Shown here one piece after another: positions 36,244 to 46,139 of a stretch of DNA of 64,000 nucleotides. The stretch spans positions 39,658 to 103,657 of the forward strand of contig CASIAW010000002.1 in the NCBI GenBank assembly GCA_949372875.1. Reading direction: 5' to 3'. Each line of letters opens with the position of its first letter. Within the stretch, counting starts at the first letter, position 1. The position numbers and the translations under genes are program-made. The DNA is from Candidatus Poseidoniaceae archaeon (GTDB lineage Archaea > Thermoplasmatota > Poseidoniia > Poseidoniales > Poseidoniaceae). Under the pieces are notes generated by a model. It was not told the DNA's origin, did no database searches, and saw only the letters and a program-made list of their open reading frames with translations.

Positions 36244-38034
36244 TCACTCCTCCTCATCATCGGCTTGGAATGGCATATCGAGCTTGAGTCGTAAAACATC
36301 TCTCGCTTTCTCATCAAGCATCAACGTCAAGCGTGCTCCTGCCCATGCTGAAATGAGGTTTTCTCCACTCGGCAGTTGGCATGAAAGCAAGAGGGGGCCG
36401 TCCACTTCAAGAGGCTCATATTCCGAATTATAGTCTTCGACCATTGGAGCCCATCCCTTCAGTAAACGGCGCAATGTGTCTGGAGAAATGGCATGTTTTG
36501 ATTCAGTAATCAAAGACTGAAGAGCGGGTACTGCTTCTTGGCGAGAACGCCAAGCATCTCGTTTTTTGGTAAAGGCCGGTAAACCTACATGAATTAATTT
36601 GAGTGGATGGAAGGTTCCTTCGGGCCAGAGATTGCCCCGCTTATTCGGGCATTTCTGATTGAAAATCCTCTCTTCTACCATCTTTGGAGCAATGTTCAGG
36701 CGCTTACCGCGTTTCCACCAAGACAGTCCTTCGTCCTTGACGCCATACCTTGTTTTAGCCTCTTCAATAGTTTCTTCACTCGCTGCATAAATGGTATGAC
36801 GGTTGGTGTGTGGGTGGTCCAATACCAGTGGAGTCCAATCGGAGTGAAGCGATGGTTTGCGATTCCGAATAAACGACTTGGCAATACCTTCGGGAGTTGC
36901 TTCAGGCCGGTGTCGTAAAAGAGCTACAAAAAATCCTCCTGTGTCGTTGTCATGGTGCACAAGTCGGCGACATTTCGAAAGTTCGGCTTGGATTCGATTC
37001 TCGGTAGATTCGTCAATCTCTTCATCCAGTGCCTCGTTCCAATGAAGGCGTGCTGCTGGACTCATGTGCGCTGGTTGAAGGAATGTTGTTCGAGCAACTT
37101 CAGCGCCTCTTGGGATTGGCTGAGCCTTTTCATCCAGTGCAGCCCAATCGGTAAGTCCTGGGCGAAGTTTCAATCCAGGAAGTCTGTTTTCATCGATTTC
37201 AATGAGTTCTAAATACGGCAATGTTCGCAAAAGTTGGGCAACGACTGCTTCATTCTCACACGGGTCAATACTGCATGTCGAATAGACAAGTGTGCCCCCG
37301 GGTCGAAGCAGGCTAGCACCTCTTTGGGTGATTTCTACCTGCAAACGGAACAACGTCCGACTTTCTTTCGGAGACCATTTCCACCACACATTCCGATTCT
37401 TCCGAGATGTTGCAGAACCTGTACACGGAACGTCAGCGACGATTCTATCATAGCCGGGTGGAGGGATTCGGCCGATGTGCCGACCATCTTGTTGATTGAT
37501 GAGCATGTTCGTAGTCGATAGACGCCCCCGGTTTGAGACAAGCATGTTGACTCTCCCCGATACGGGTTCATTGGCGACAACAACGCCATGTGGCGCTATT
37601 GCTTCCGCAATTTGTGTAGCCTTTGAACCAGGTGCTGCACACAAGTCAAGGATGAGTTCGCCAGGTTGAGGGTCAAGAATAGCAACGGGCAGCATGCTTG
37701 CTGCTTCTTGACGGGTAATCCTTCCTGAATCATGGAGGAGACTCAGGATATACTTACTTCGCGAGTCAGGTGCTTGACCTCTTGCGAATGGCATTTGCCA
37801 AGCAAAGGCTGCTTGACCCCAATCAATAGGCTTCCCTCCGAGTTCTCGCAAAAGCGACTCAGTCCAATCAATGTCATCGCGTGAGCGAGTAATTCGGAGT
37901 GTCTCGGGCAGGGAGGTTGTTGCAGATTGAAGCCAAGAATCCAAGTCATATCCCAGATTTTGGGCAAGATTGGCTAAAGGCGTATCTTGCGCTACTTGTA
38001 ACAAGTCCTGCTCTTGCCATTGGTCGCGGGACAT
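36244..38034 (-). CDS. NOL1/NOP2/Sun-family RNA m5C methyltransferase with C-terminal extension
   Basis: The motifs DLCAAPGSKATQIAE and VYSTCS (catalytic Cys) are present. A ~260-aa C-terminal region is of unknown function. Confidence 0.8.
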   Translation of the reverse strand: MSRDQWQEQDLLQVAQDTPLANLAQNLGYDLDSWLQSATTSLPETLRITRSRDDIDWTESLLRELGGKPIDWGQAAFAWQMPFARGQAPDSRSKYILSLLHDSGRITRQEAASMLPVAILDPQPGELILDLCAAPGSKATQIAEAIAPHGVVVANEPVSGRVNMLVSNRGRLSTTNMLINQQDGRHIGRIPPPGYDRIVADVPCTGSATSRKNRNVWWKWSPKESRTLFRLQVEITQRGASLLRPGGTLVYSTCSIDPCENEAVVAQLLRTLPYLELIEIDENRLPGLKLRPGLTDWAALDEKAQPIPRGAEVARTTFLQPAHMSPAARLHWNEALDEEIDESTENRIQAELSKCRRLVHHDNDTGGFFVALLRHRPEATPEGIAKSFIRNRKPSLHSDWTPLVLDHPHTNRHTIYAASEETIEEAKTRYGVKDEGLSWWKRGKRLNIAPKMVEERIFNQKCPNKRGNLWPEGTFHPLKLIHVGLPAFTKKRDAWRSRQEAVPALQSLITESKHAISPDTLRRLLKGWAPMVEDYNSEYEPLEVDGPLLLSCQLPSGENLISAWAGARLTLMLDEKARDVLRLKLDMPFQADDEEE

Positions 38035-38073
38035 GTCTTGGGGGTCTTGCCCCCTGTCTATCTTGCTTCCGCC

Positions 38074-39486
38074 ATGCTCAAGGGCTCAGTCCCCTCCGCA
38101 TCAAACATGATAGGAGATACGTTGCCGTGGTTTTTGCCGCTGTTCGTATTTGGACTCCTCGCTTGGGTTTTCTATGAGGCGATTGAAACATATGTGCTAC
38201 GAAAGGGCTCTCCATTCGGTGAAAAAGCACTTGTTGCGCTTCGCTGGCTACCTGCTGCGCAATTGGTGGTCATGCTCATCACTCGAAGCATCTCTTTGAT
38301 TCAACGTGACCTCAGTCATCTGGAAGTTGCCCAATACCTTGGTGCTGGCACATATCACTCCTCGGATCTGAAATTGATTGCTACAGGAGGCGGTGGGTCC
38401 GAAATAATCGCACTAACTGTCATTCTGTTTGTGTTACTTTCAGAGCGTTTACCGAGCCTTGGCAGCACGCGAGTTGAGTTGAGGCAAGGTTTCCGAAACC
38501 GCCTCATGATGTTTACTGGATTGATGCTGCTCTCTGCATCGACATTATTGTTTCCGGAATCAGCATACTACAGTCCGAGTTCTTTCCCGGCCAACACCAT
38601 CGATGCCATACCTCAATGGAGTTCGCTTATTCCACTTCTCTTATTGGCATCTTTAATGATGTTTAGCGGTGAATTATTTGCAGTGTCAACACTCTTTTTT
38701 GCAGGTGATAATTTCCAAAAGCTTGCCAGTAGGGCGCGGTTGAAAACACTCATCTTGGCCGTGCTAACGATGGCATGGTTAACTAGAGCATTAGAAGTTG
38801 AACGAAATTGGATTGAACAAATCCCTGAACTTGGTTTCTTTTTACCCCTCATACTGCTTCTTCACGTTGGAGTTTCTTTAGCCGTCATCATCCAGCCTGC
38901 AGTACGTATTGAATCCGAACTCAATCACGGAGAAGGACGTAGTTTAGGAATGCTCTTACTCGCAGCATTAATGGCCATTCTCATTCTTGTTTTAACCCCT
39001 ATCCATCTTGACCAACTCGGCATCTTCGGGCCTGAACTGGGGCCATATGTGTATGGTGTTTGGATTGCTTCTGTCACCGTTTCAGGAATGATGCTTGTTC
39101 AATTCTTGCCAGCGCTTGGATTTGATGCTGCACCTCGGCCTGAAGTCTGGTGGATGAAAATGACACTGGTCTTTGCACCAGTGATCATGTGTTTGTTCAC
39201 TCCGTTTGCCTTGTTTTTAATTCCTGCAATTTGGCTTGCGCTACCTTGGTCTTCAACCGTACCATGGTTTGTTGAGAAAGATGTTCCATCTCCTTCTCAA
39301 ACCTTTGTCCTCTATCCACTCGTTTTCATCACCATCGCATGTGCACTGCTCCCATTCTCTTGGAACATACCGTTCCTTGCATCCTTATGGTTTGGATGGA
39401 TTCCAGGCGCTATGGCAAGTATTGGGTTGACGATTCATATCAAAAACAAAGGCAGAGTTTACGCTCTTGAATCTGCGGAAGAGTGA
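38074..39486 (+). CDS. polytopic membrane protein, unknown function
   Basis: ~470 aa with more than 10 hydrophobic helices. The ORF from 38014 overlaps the divergent NSun start, so a later Met was preferred. Confidence 0.45.
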   Translation: MLKGSVPSASNMIGDTLPWFLPLFVFGLLAWVFYEAIETYVLRKGSPFGEKALVALRWLPAAQLVVMLITRSISLIQRDLSHLEVAQYLGAGTYHSSDLKLIATGGGGSEIIALTVILFVLLSERLPSLGSTRVELRQGFRNRLMMFTGLMLLSASTLLFPESAYYSPSSFPANTIDAIPQWSSLIPLLLLASLMMFSGELFAVSTLFFAGDNFQKLASRARLKTLILAVLTMAWLTRALEVERNWIEQIPELGFFLPLILLLHVGVSLAVIIQPAVRIESELNHGEGRSLGMLLLAALMAILILVLTPIHLDQLGIFGPELGPYVYGVWIASVTVSGMMLVQFLPALGFDAAPRPEVWWMKMTLVFAPVIMCLFTPFALFLIPAIWLALPWSSTVPWFVEKDVPSPSQTFVLYPLVFITIACALLPFSWNIPFLASLWFGWIPGAMASIGLTIHIKNKGRVYALESAEE

Positions 39487-39492
39487 ATATAC

Positions 39493-39876
39493 CTATTCTT
39501 CACTCAATTCTGATTCCAATACAGACGCTTCGAGTTCTGCCCAAGCAGAACCAACGCTGGAGTCTTTCACACTTGATTCGATTTCACTTCGTACCCGTTC
39601 GACCATCGTCTCGTCAGCTTCATCTGGAAATGCCTTTGAAAGAGGGCCGGCACCAGAAAGAAGGGACTTTGAAAGAAGGATGAGGAGAACTCCGGTAATT
39701 GGGAATACCCAGCCAATGCTCACTGAATCAAGACTCATTCTGTCTTGAACGAGACCCAGTCCAGTGATGAGAAAACAACCTAAACCAGTACCGAGCAAAA
39801 GCGTCGATGCAGAATTAGAAGGTGTGCTCATAGACATGCGTAAAGGAACTGAGCAATGAACCCAACGGGCAGACAA
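39493..39876 (-). CDS. small membrane protein
   Basis: 127 aa with 2-3 hydrophobic helices. Confidence 0.35.
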   Translation of the reverse strand: MSARWVHCSVPLRMSMSTPSNSASTLLLGTGLGCFLITGLGLVQDRMSLDSVSIGWVFPITGVLLILLSKSLLSGAGPLSKAFPDEADETMVERVRSEIESSVKDSSVGSAWAELEASVLESELSEE

Positions 39877-39881
39877 GCCGT

Positions 39882-40475
39882 TCAGTACGTTTCTCTCATC
39901 AGTTTATGAATCTTGTAAGGCAACAGCGCCCGATTGACTGGCGTGACTTCAAGAATACGTCCATCATCTCGGCGGCGAATATCTTGTAACAACGGATGTC
40001 GGCTCTTTTTGTGGAGTGTCAATAGAGTCGGTTTGTCAACTTCCAAAGCACTTCGAACACAATTCACGAATGCTTCGCTTTCGACAGCGAATTTGCCAAT
40101 TTCATCAATAACCAGTACTTCGCATTCATCGCGTGCATATTCAATGGCAGGGATTGCAATTCTCTCCAATGCTTCAGTATCAATGCCATAACCCAACACT
40201 CGGAGCCGAGAATCAATGTTTTTGTGAGCCATGATAGCATTCTCGCCTGTAACGATATTGAAAACACTGTAACCTAAACGCTCACTTCCATCAAGAATAG
40301 GTTCTGTCCTCATTCCCCCGATGATGGGTGCTTCAGTCAAACTCCCGCGCATTTGAATTTCGCGGGTGCGTTCGTCTTTCAACATCTCAAGGACTTTTTC
40401 CATAACTGCAGATTTACCGCTACGGGGTAAACCTGTTATGCCGATTTTTGGATGAATCCCCATATGCCTCACCAC
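39882..40475 (-). CDS. THEP1-type nucleoside triphosphatase
   Basis: Walker A (ITGLPRSGKS) and Walker B (VLVIDEIGKF) are present. The length is ~190 aa, as in archaeal MJ1559-like NTPases. Confidence 0.65.
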   Translation of the reverse strand: MVRHMGIHPKIGITGLPRSGKSAVMEKVLEMLKDERTREIQMRGSLTEAPIIGGMRTEPILDGSERLGYSVFNIVTGENAIMAHKNIDSRLRVLGYGIDTEALERIAIPAIEYARDECEVLVIDEIGKFAVESEAFVNCVRSALEVDKPTLLTLHKKSRHPLLQDIRRRDDGRILEVTPVNRALLPYKIHKLMRETY

Positions 40476-40586
40476 GAAAAATCGCTAACGGTCCTTGCAG
40501 TGGCTTATCAGTAATAAATGATGTTGAACATAAATGCCGACTTGAGAGATTGCAATACTGACAGATGAACGGCCAAGATTGCTCGA

Positions 40587-42581
40587 TTACCGAACTGAGA
40601 GCATCAATTCCGGTATTTCAGAGGAAACTTCAACTGGTAGCATTTCCAATTCGTAATTATTGACGTTGTTATTGGCAGACCATGCACGGGCCCATTCATC
40701 CAAATCCTTCGCATTCAACAATCCACACATCCAGTGGAGGGCTTTCTCGAGTGTGCCATGACTTCCGATGAGTCGCTCTTGGATGTCTTCATGCAATTCG
40801 ATATGATTCACGCTGTTTCCAAGTACGCATCCCGAAGGTATGACTGCCCAGCGAAGGCGGCGTTCTTGGTGAGCATTGACGATAGCTTGGCAAGCAAGAC
40901 GAGGCCCGTATTTGGAGTCTGAACTGCCACACCACATTGCGAGTTGTCGCTCATTCGCTCGAGAAGGAATGTCTGTGCGGAAAGCTGGATGGCGAACAAA
41001 GACATTTCCATCTTCGTCTTCGGAAAAGTGGACGCCGCGAATAAAGGGGCGTGAACCTCGGCCTTTGACCCATGTTTCAATCGACTTGGAGTGAGCGGTT
41101 TGATCAATCTCACCAACACGAACTCGTATGGTATGGCCGTTTGTAGCAATAGCATGTTGTTGCTCGCCCATTCGAGGAAGGCGGGCGAGACGATCGAGTA
41201 TTTGCAATGTTTGCTTGCGTTCAATTCGGTCACGGGGGAGGCGGGGGATTGCCCAAGTATCTTTTGCCCAAGCAACCCAACGTTCTGTTTCCATCTCAAA
41301 AGAAGGAACTCGGTTGGAAAGGCCTTTCAGGTCACGGCGTAAGTCAGCACGACTGATTGGCCCGTGAATGACCAAGTTTTCAGTAGGTTGTTTTGCTGTA
41401 ATTCCGAGAACTGCAACACCTTGCGTCATACCAGGGAACAAATGGTTTGCTTCTTCAATAGCCCAAATATCACTCCAACCGTGACTCTCGACAAGAAGTT
41501 GGCGAAGTGGGTGGGAGGATTGTTCTCGGAGAATACTGTCCGGTGCGATCAATCGAAGGCGACCGCCTTGCTCGAGAATTTGCAAACCGCGTTCGATGAA
41601 CAAGCGGTAGAGGTTGACATTGCCTCGCATTGTGGAGAATCGCGGAAGACCATTATCGGTAAGTCCTCGAAGTTGTTCACCGAGTTCTCGGCGAAGTTTG
41701 CTGCCTTCTTCCATGCCACGGAATCGATCTTTAATTCTCAGCCAAGGAGGATTGGTGACGATAAGGTGTGGAGCATTGGACCAGGGCCAACCACCTTGTA
41801 AGGTGTCACCCTGTTGAACCGCTTTTTCAAGTAACTTTTCTGCTGTCTTTCGTGGCAAGCAGCCAGGCTTGTTCGACTTGAGACTCACTAAGTCGAAACG
41901 AATGCATTCAAGCAGCAGGCGTTGACGAGTTGACGCAACAACTAATTCATCATTGTCGAGTAATTGAAACGACGAGAGAAGAGATGTTGTGTCGGCGATT
42001 TTTTTCTCTGCAGTGCTGTCCGAGTGATTTTCCGCATGGCGGCGAATCAAGCGAGCATGGAAGATTCCACCGCCGCAAGATGTGTCTGCTACTGGGAGAG
42101 GGATACCGCTGAGAGTTCGCAAGCCAAGTTCAACGCGTTCAAACTCAGATTCATCATCTACCTCCGTTTCTTGAACATGCTGTGGCAGATTTAGTTTTTC
42201 GAGATGTTGGCGGAACCCTGGCGGGAGGTTGCTCAAATGCATCGAAGAGGTTTGAGGAGGCGTCTTTGGTCGCGTCAAACTTTCAAGTAATTCAGAAGCA
42301 ATAACGGCGTCTGCCAGTCGAGGTGGAGTCGGGTGTGCGCCGCGCGGCGAACGGCCGTCTTCTTCGGCGTCGTGACGAGCAAGAAGATGGTCGAGAACAT
42401 GGCCCGGGTCGGTTAACAGATTTGCAGGCAAGGTAGGCCAATCTTCGGGGAGGAGGGCTGCAATCGGTTGGTGGACAAGAAGAGATTGTTCCCACGCAGC
42501 AAGCCAAATATGAATTTGCTCAGTACGATTTTCTAGACATCGGTCCAGTCTCGCATACCATCCACTTACTCCGCTCTGCAT
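40587..42581 (-). CDS. gamma-class N6-adenine DNA methyltransferase-like protein (Eco57I/PglX-like), no nuclease domain
   Basis: Motif I is DTSCGGGIF and motif IV is TNPPW. Downstream are GNVNLYRLFIERGLQIL and GGRLRLIAPDSIL. A ~270-aa C-terminal TRD-like region follows. ATG at 42581 is preferred over the GTG at 42590. Confidence 0.7.
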   Translation of the reverse strand: MQSGVSGWYARLDRCLENRTEQIHIWLAAWEQSLLVHQPIAALLPEDWPTLPANLLTDPGHVLDHLLARHDAEEDGRSPRGAHPTPPRLADAVIASELLESLTRPKTPPQTSSMHLSNLPPGFRQHLEKLNLPQHVQETEVDDESEFERVELGLRTLSGIPLPVADTSCGGGIFHARLIRRHAENHSDSTAEKKIADTTSLLSSFQLLDNDELVVASTRQRLLLECIRFDLVSLKSNKPGCLPRKTAEKLLEKAVQQGDTLQGGWPWSNAPHLIVTNPPWLRIKDRFRGMEEGSKLRRELGEQLRGLTDNGLPRFSTMRGNVNLYRLFIERGLQILEQGGRLRLIAPDSILREQSSHPLRQLLVESHGWSDIWAIEEANHLFPGMTQGVAVLGITAKQPTENLVIHGPISRADLRRDLKGLSNRVPSFEMETERWVAWAKDTWAIPRLPRDRIERKQTLQILDRLARLPRMGEQQHAIATNGHTIRVRVGEIDQTAHSKSIETWVKGRGSRPFIRGVHFSEDEDGNVFVRHPAFRTDIPSRANERQLAMWCGSSDSKYGPRLACQAIVNAHQERRLRWAVIPSGCVLGNSVNHIELHEDIQERLIGSHGTLEKALHWMCGLLNAKDLDEWARAWSANNNVNNYELEMLPVEVSSEIPELMLSVR

Positions 42582-42642
42582 GGTCCCCACCTAAACCAGC
42601 GGGCTGGCTTTTCCGGTTTGAATGTGACCCTTGAATCAGGGA

Positions 42643-42674
42643 TTTGAAAAATAGCAAAAATCGAGGTTTTTCAA
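42643..42674. promoter_or_regulatory. inverted repeat TTTGAAAAA-N14-TTTTTCAAA between the TerB gene and the MTase gene
   Basis: Perfect 9-bp arms overlap the TerB stop codon, ~65 nt upstream of the MTase ATG. It could be an operator or a terminator hairpin. Confidence 0.35.
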
Positions 42675-43096
42675 ACGAGTCCGAGGAACTCAAAACTCTC
42701 ATTATGCCATTCCCAGCCTGTTTTCACCCATTCGAAAAGCGATGAGAGTTCTTTCTCCTGAACGCCGGCAGCTTTGGCGATGGTTTTGATGGCCGAAATT
42801 TCAGATGAATCGTATTCTCCATCAACCGCTGCAACGAGTATTGCATCTCGAAGAGCAATCTTCAGCACGACTGGGTTCAATTTTGAGAGAACCAGTTCGA
42901 GTGAAGGGGGTTTTTCAAGTAAATTACGAACATCGACCCGCATTTCAGGATGCATCATACATCGGCCCATGAGCGCTTCAATAATTGCGAGTTCTTCCTT
43001 AACAAGGGTGCCATCTGCCGAAGCGACGATGACCATGATTTCTGCATAGCCCTTAACATCCTCTTGAGCAAAGTCGACTGCAAGGTCGAGATACAC
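42671..43096 (-). CDS. TerB-like domain protein
   Basis: 141 aa, all-helical. TerB-type motifs are present (IVASADGTLVKEELAIIEAL; DAILVAAVDGEYDSSEISAI). Confidence 0.55.
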   Translation of the reverse strand: MYLDLAVDFAQEDVKGYAEIMVIVASADGTLVKEELAIIEALMGRCMMHPEMRVDVRNLLEKPPSLELVLSKLNPVVLKIALRDAILVAAVDGEYDSSEISAIKTIAKAAGVQEKELSSLFEWVKTGWEWHNESFEFLGLV

Positions 43097-43102
43097 CGGA
43101 CT

Positions 43103-43591
43103 TCACTCCGAGATCTCATTGAGGATATCGTATCCTTCTTGCATCCAAAGATAGCCTTTTGATGTCCATTTTAACAAACGTTGGACTGAGCCATCAGCGA
43201 GACCGAAATGCTCGACGATGTCATTCAACACATCTCTTTCATCGTCGTCAACTGTACCATCTGCAGCAGCCATCAACGTTGCGTCGCGTAGTGCGAGGCG
43301 TCCTGCTTCTTCACTCATGCCGTCGAGGCATTCTTCCAAAGAAGGCGGTGTTTTCAAAGCATTACGGATTATTTTCCGCTGTGCTGGAGAAAGAAGGGCT
43401 GTTCCAAGTCGTTGTTCGAACATTGCCATCTCATCAACGGTTAATTCATTATCAACTCGTGCCATATAAGCAAGGAGGCGAGCATAAGCAAATCGCTCTT
43501 CTCGGGGAAGTTTGTGTACTGTATCTGGTAGCATTGCTTCTTCCGCTGTTGTCTTAGGCTTAGAACCCCACGCTGATTCCCGGTAAAACAA
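43103..43591 (-). CDS. TerB-like domain protein (paralog)
   Basis: 162 aa with motifs LLAYMARVDNELTVDEMAMFE and DATLMAAADGTVDDDERDVL. It is tandem to the previous gene. Confidence 0.55.
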   Translation of the reverse strand: MFYRESAWGSKPKTTAEEAMLPDTVHKLPREERFAYARLLAYMARVDNELTVDEMAMFEQRLGTALLSPAQRKIIRNALKTPPSLEECLDGMSEEAGRLALRDATLMAAADGTVDDDERDVLNDIVEHFGLADGSVQRLLKWTSKGYLWMQEGYDILNEISE

Positions 43592-43684
43592 GTGAGATTT
43601 TGCGACCTCACAAAATTCTCCGAATTGGTTTTTCTGAACTTGAGAGAAGCAAGACTTGAAGCGAGGGGGGTGCTTGCTTACAAC

Positions 43685-44047
43685 ATGGATGCAAGCCTCA
43701 ACGTACTCGGAAAGCCTCTCGATTCTTGCTCATGCGACCCGATGACAGGCTGGTACCGTGACGGAAAATGCAACACCGACTCCAATGACCGTGGCTCACA
43801 CACCGTCTGTTGTGTTGTGACGGAAGATTTTCTTAACTTTGCTCTGGCAAGAGGAAACGATTTGATTACGCCAATGCCTGCTCACGGATTTCCTGGATTG
43901 AAACCTGGAGATTCGTGGTGTGTTTGCGCTCGAACCTGGCTTGATGCAGTCAATGCAGGAACTGCCTGTCCACTCGATATGGAGTCGACACACCAAAAAG
44001 CGCTCGAAATAATTCCGCTTTCCCTCATGGAAACCCATGCGGTATGA
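43685..44047 (+). CDS. DUF2237-family protein
   Basis: The motif GWYRDGKC...GSHTVCCVVTEDFL...GNDL...GLKPGDSWCVCARTW matches the DUF2237 pattern. Confidence 0.5.
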   Translation: MDASLNVLGKPLDSCSCDPMTGWYRDGKCNTDSNDRGSHTVCCVVTEDFLNFALARGNDLITPMPAHGFPGLKPGDSWCVCARTWLDAVNAGTACPLDMESTHQKALEIIPLSLMETHAV

Positions 44048-44048
44048 T

Positions 44049-44474
44049 TCATTCCTCTTCCGAAGTGTAGCCGAATACAATCCATCGCATGGCCGCCCAT
44101 GTAAACAGTCCCCAGCAGAGCATGTTAATGAGGAAGAGGAGACGGATGGGGGCGTCTGAGAGGGTAAGAAGTGCGTCATAAGACAGAGTTGATCCCGCCA
44201 TTCCAAAGGCATAAACAGAAAGCGCGCCAAGGATAGTATTCTTGACATTTTTTCTACCATCAAACGTGAATATACGATGGACAAAATGGGCAATAACACT
44301 TGAAAAAGCCCATGAGATGGACCACATTGCTGTTTCATTCAATGCCTCGAGAAGAAAAGTTGAGCGAAGAATTTCCCAAACGATCCAGAAAATAAAAGTG
44401 TTGAAACCTCCGGCTATTCCGAACCTTTGTAATGTACCCCTTGGAAGGACTTCAGCAACTTTAGGCCGCTTCAT
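44049..44474 (-). CDS. GtrA-like membrane protein
   Basis: 141 aa with 4 TM helices and a basic N-terminus. It sits next to sugar-nucleotide genes. Confidence 0.5.
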   Translation of the reverse strand: MKRPKVAEVLPRGTLQRFGIAGGFNTFIFWIVWEILRSTFLLEALNETAMWSISWAFSSVIAHFVHRIFTFDGRKNVKNTILGALSVYAFGMAGSTLSYDALLTLSDAPIRLLFLINMLCWGLFTWAAMRWIVFGYTSEEE

Positions 44475-44488
44475 TGAATGCCCCTCCT

Positions 44489-45313
44489 TTAATCATCGTT
44501 GGTAGTGACGTCGCTTGGTTTTCCGGTAAGGACTCCCCGTAGTTTTGCATTGTCCACTTGAATGGCATCCATGAACTCGTATTTGCAATCCATCGAGTCT
44601 GCCAATACGCCAAGAGCCATCGAATCTTTGGGAAGACATTTCCCTCCAAAGCCTCGATTGAGCCCGAAGATTGGGTCCAAATGCGAGGGGCCGATCGGTT
44701 GTGCTTGCTCTGCGGTAATCATCTCTCGAATCGTATACCAATCCTCTCCCATTCCTTGGCAGATGTCATACATTTGGTTCGCAAAAATTACCTTCATCGC
44801 ATAGAATGTATTTTTGGTATATTTCACCAATTCAGCCTGGGTGGGTGTGACATGGAAGAGATTTTCGCGACGGAGAACACCTGCTTCCTTATGTTGAGTA
44901 AAGACAAGTTCGGCAACATCAGTATGATGGGTGCCGCATACGAGCAAATCTTGGTTTGCGAAATCTTCGAGACGTCGACGCTCAACCAAAAACTCAGGAG
45001 AATACGCAATCTTAAGATGTGGATATCTTTCATGATAAGATTGAGTCGTCCCTGGAACAACTGAACTTTTGATGACCGCTGTGAAGCCATCTGGTAGTTC
45101 ATCAAGAACGCCTTCAACAATACGTGTATCACACGCTCCCGTTTCAGGATGCGGAGGGGTTGGGACAGCAATGTATGCGAAATTGACATGGTCGGTGACA
45201 TCAGAGAGCTGTGTTCCTCGAGCAGGGTCGTGAACAAACAATTCATGCGCATCAGCAAAGCAAGTCTCGATAGCCCCGCCGACCATCCCCGCGCCGATTA
45301 TTCCGACCTTCAT
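44489..45313 (-). CDS. UDP-glucose/GDP-mannose dehydrogenase family protein, short (no C-terminal UDP-binding domain)
   Basis: Rossmann [13 protein letters not shown] and the catalytic-Cys motif [10 protein letters not shown] are present. The protein ends ~55 aa after the Cys. Confidence 0.6.
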   Translation of the reverse strand: MKVGIIGAGMVGGAIETCFADAHELFVHDPARGTQLSDVTDHVNFAYIAVPTPPHPETGACDTRIVEGVLDELPDGFTAVIKSSVVPGTTQSYHERYPHLKIAYSPEFLVERRRLEDFANQDLLVCGTHHTDVAELVFTQHKEAGVLRRENLFHVTPTQAELVKYTKNTFYAMKVIFANQMYDICQGMGEDWYTIREMITAEQAQPIGPSHLDPIFGLNRGFGGKCLPKDSMALGVLADSMDCKYEFMDAIQVDNAKLRGVLTGKPSDVTTNDD

Positions 45314-45344
45314 GTCCCGAGGGAGGTGCTCCTAAGTATTGATT

Positions 45345-46103
45345 TTACTGCAAAGACTCTCGGAATGGTTTCGGATTCAACTTTCCATCCCTCACCATTT
45401 GTGATGCAAGAAGGAGAGTTTCTGGAGTCCCGCAATCAACCCAGGTTTCTTCACCAACTGAAAGCAACTTCGCTTTTCCAAGTTGAACGTATTGTCGTGT
45501 GATGTCAGAAATTGAAAATTTATCGCCTTGTTGCGCTCTTGCCGAATCTAAATAAGGCCAAAAGTTTTCATCAAACAGATAAATGCCTCCGATTGCCAAA
45601 TTAGAAGGGGGGTTTTCCGGCTTTTCAACGATGTCACACACATTACCCTCGTCATCGAGAACTGCCACCCCGAATGCTTCAGGGTGTTGTTCTTCGCGAG
45701 CGAGTAAAACACATCCGGGGTTTTTCTCAGTCGTATTGAATCGAGAGACTTCGTCAGTCAATTCAAGCGTAGTAATATTATCTGAAAAATAGACTAACAG
45801 GCGACAATCTTGGTTGTAAGGACGAGCGAGATTGAGTGCATGCCCAACACCCTGTGGCTCTTCTTCAAGAACATAATGTATTTTTTCACCCTCAAAACCA
45901 CCGCCAACATGCTGAGCTATTTGCCCGATGAATTCGTTTGAAATGATGGTGATGTTTTTTACGCCCGCCCGTCGGATTGTTGCAAGTGCAAAATCAATCA
46001 CCGGACGGTCATACAACGGAAGGAGCGTCTTTTGAGTATACTTTGTAAAAGGATACAATCGGCTACCATGCCCACCGGCAACCAAGATAGCATTGGTCAT
46101 CAT
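45345..46103 (-). CDS. sugar-1-phosphate nucleotidyltransferase (RmlA/GlmU-N-like)
   Basis: N-terminal AILVAGGHGSRLYPFT...KTLLPL signature. Confidence 0.75.
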   Translation of the reverse strand: MMTNAILVAGGHGSRLYPFTKYTQKTLLPLYDRPVIDFALATIRRAGVKNITIISNEFIGQIAQHVGGGFEGEKIHYVLEEEPQGVGHALNLARPYNQDCRLLVYFSDNITTLELTDEVSRFNTTEKNPGCVLLAREEQHPEAFGVAVLDDEGNVCDIVEKPENPPSNLAIGGIYLFDENFWPYLDSARAQQGDKFSISDITRQYVQLGKAKLLSVGEETWVDCGTPETLLLASQMVRDGKLNPKPFRESLQ

Positions 46104-46139
46104 GAATTACCCGAGGCAGTCGTAGTTATTGGGGTTGCC

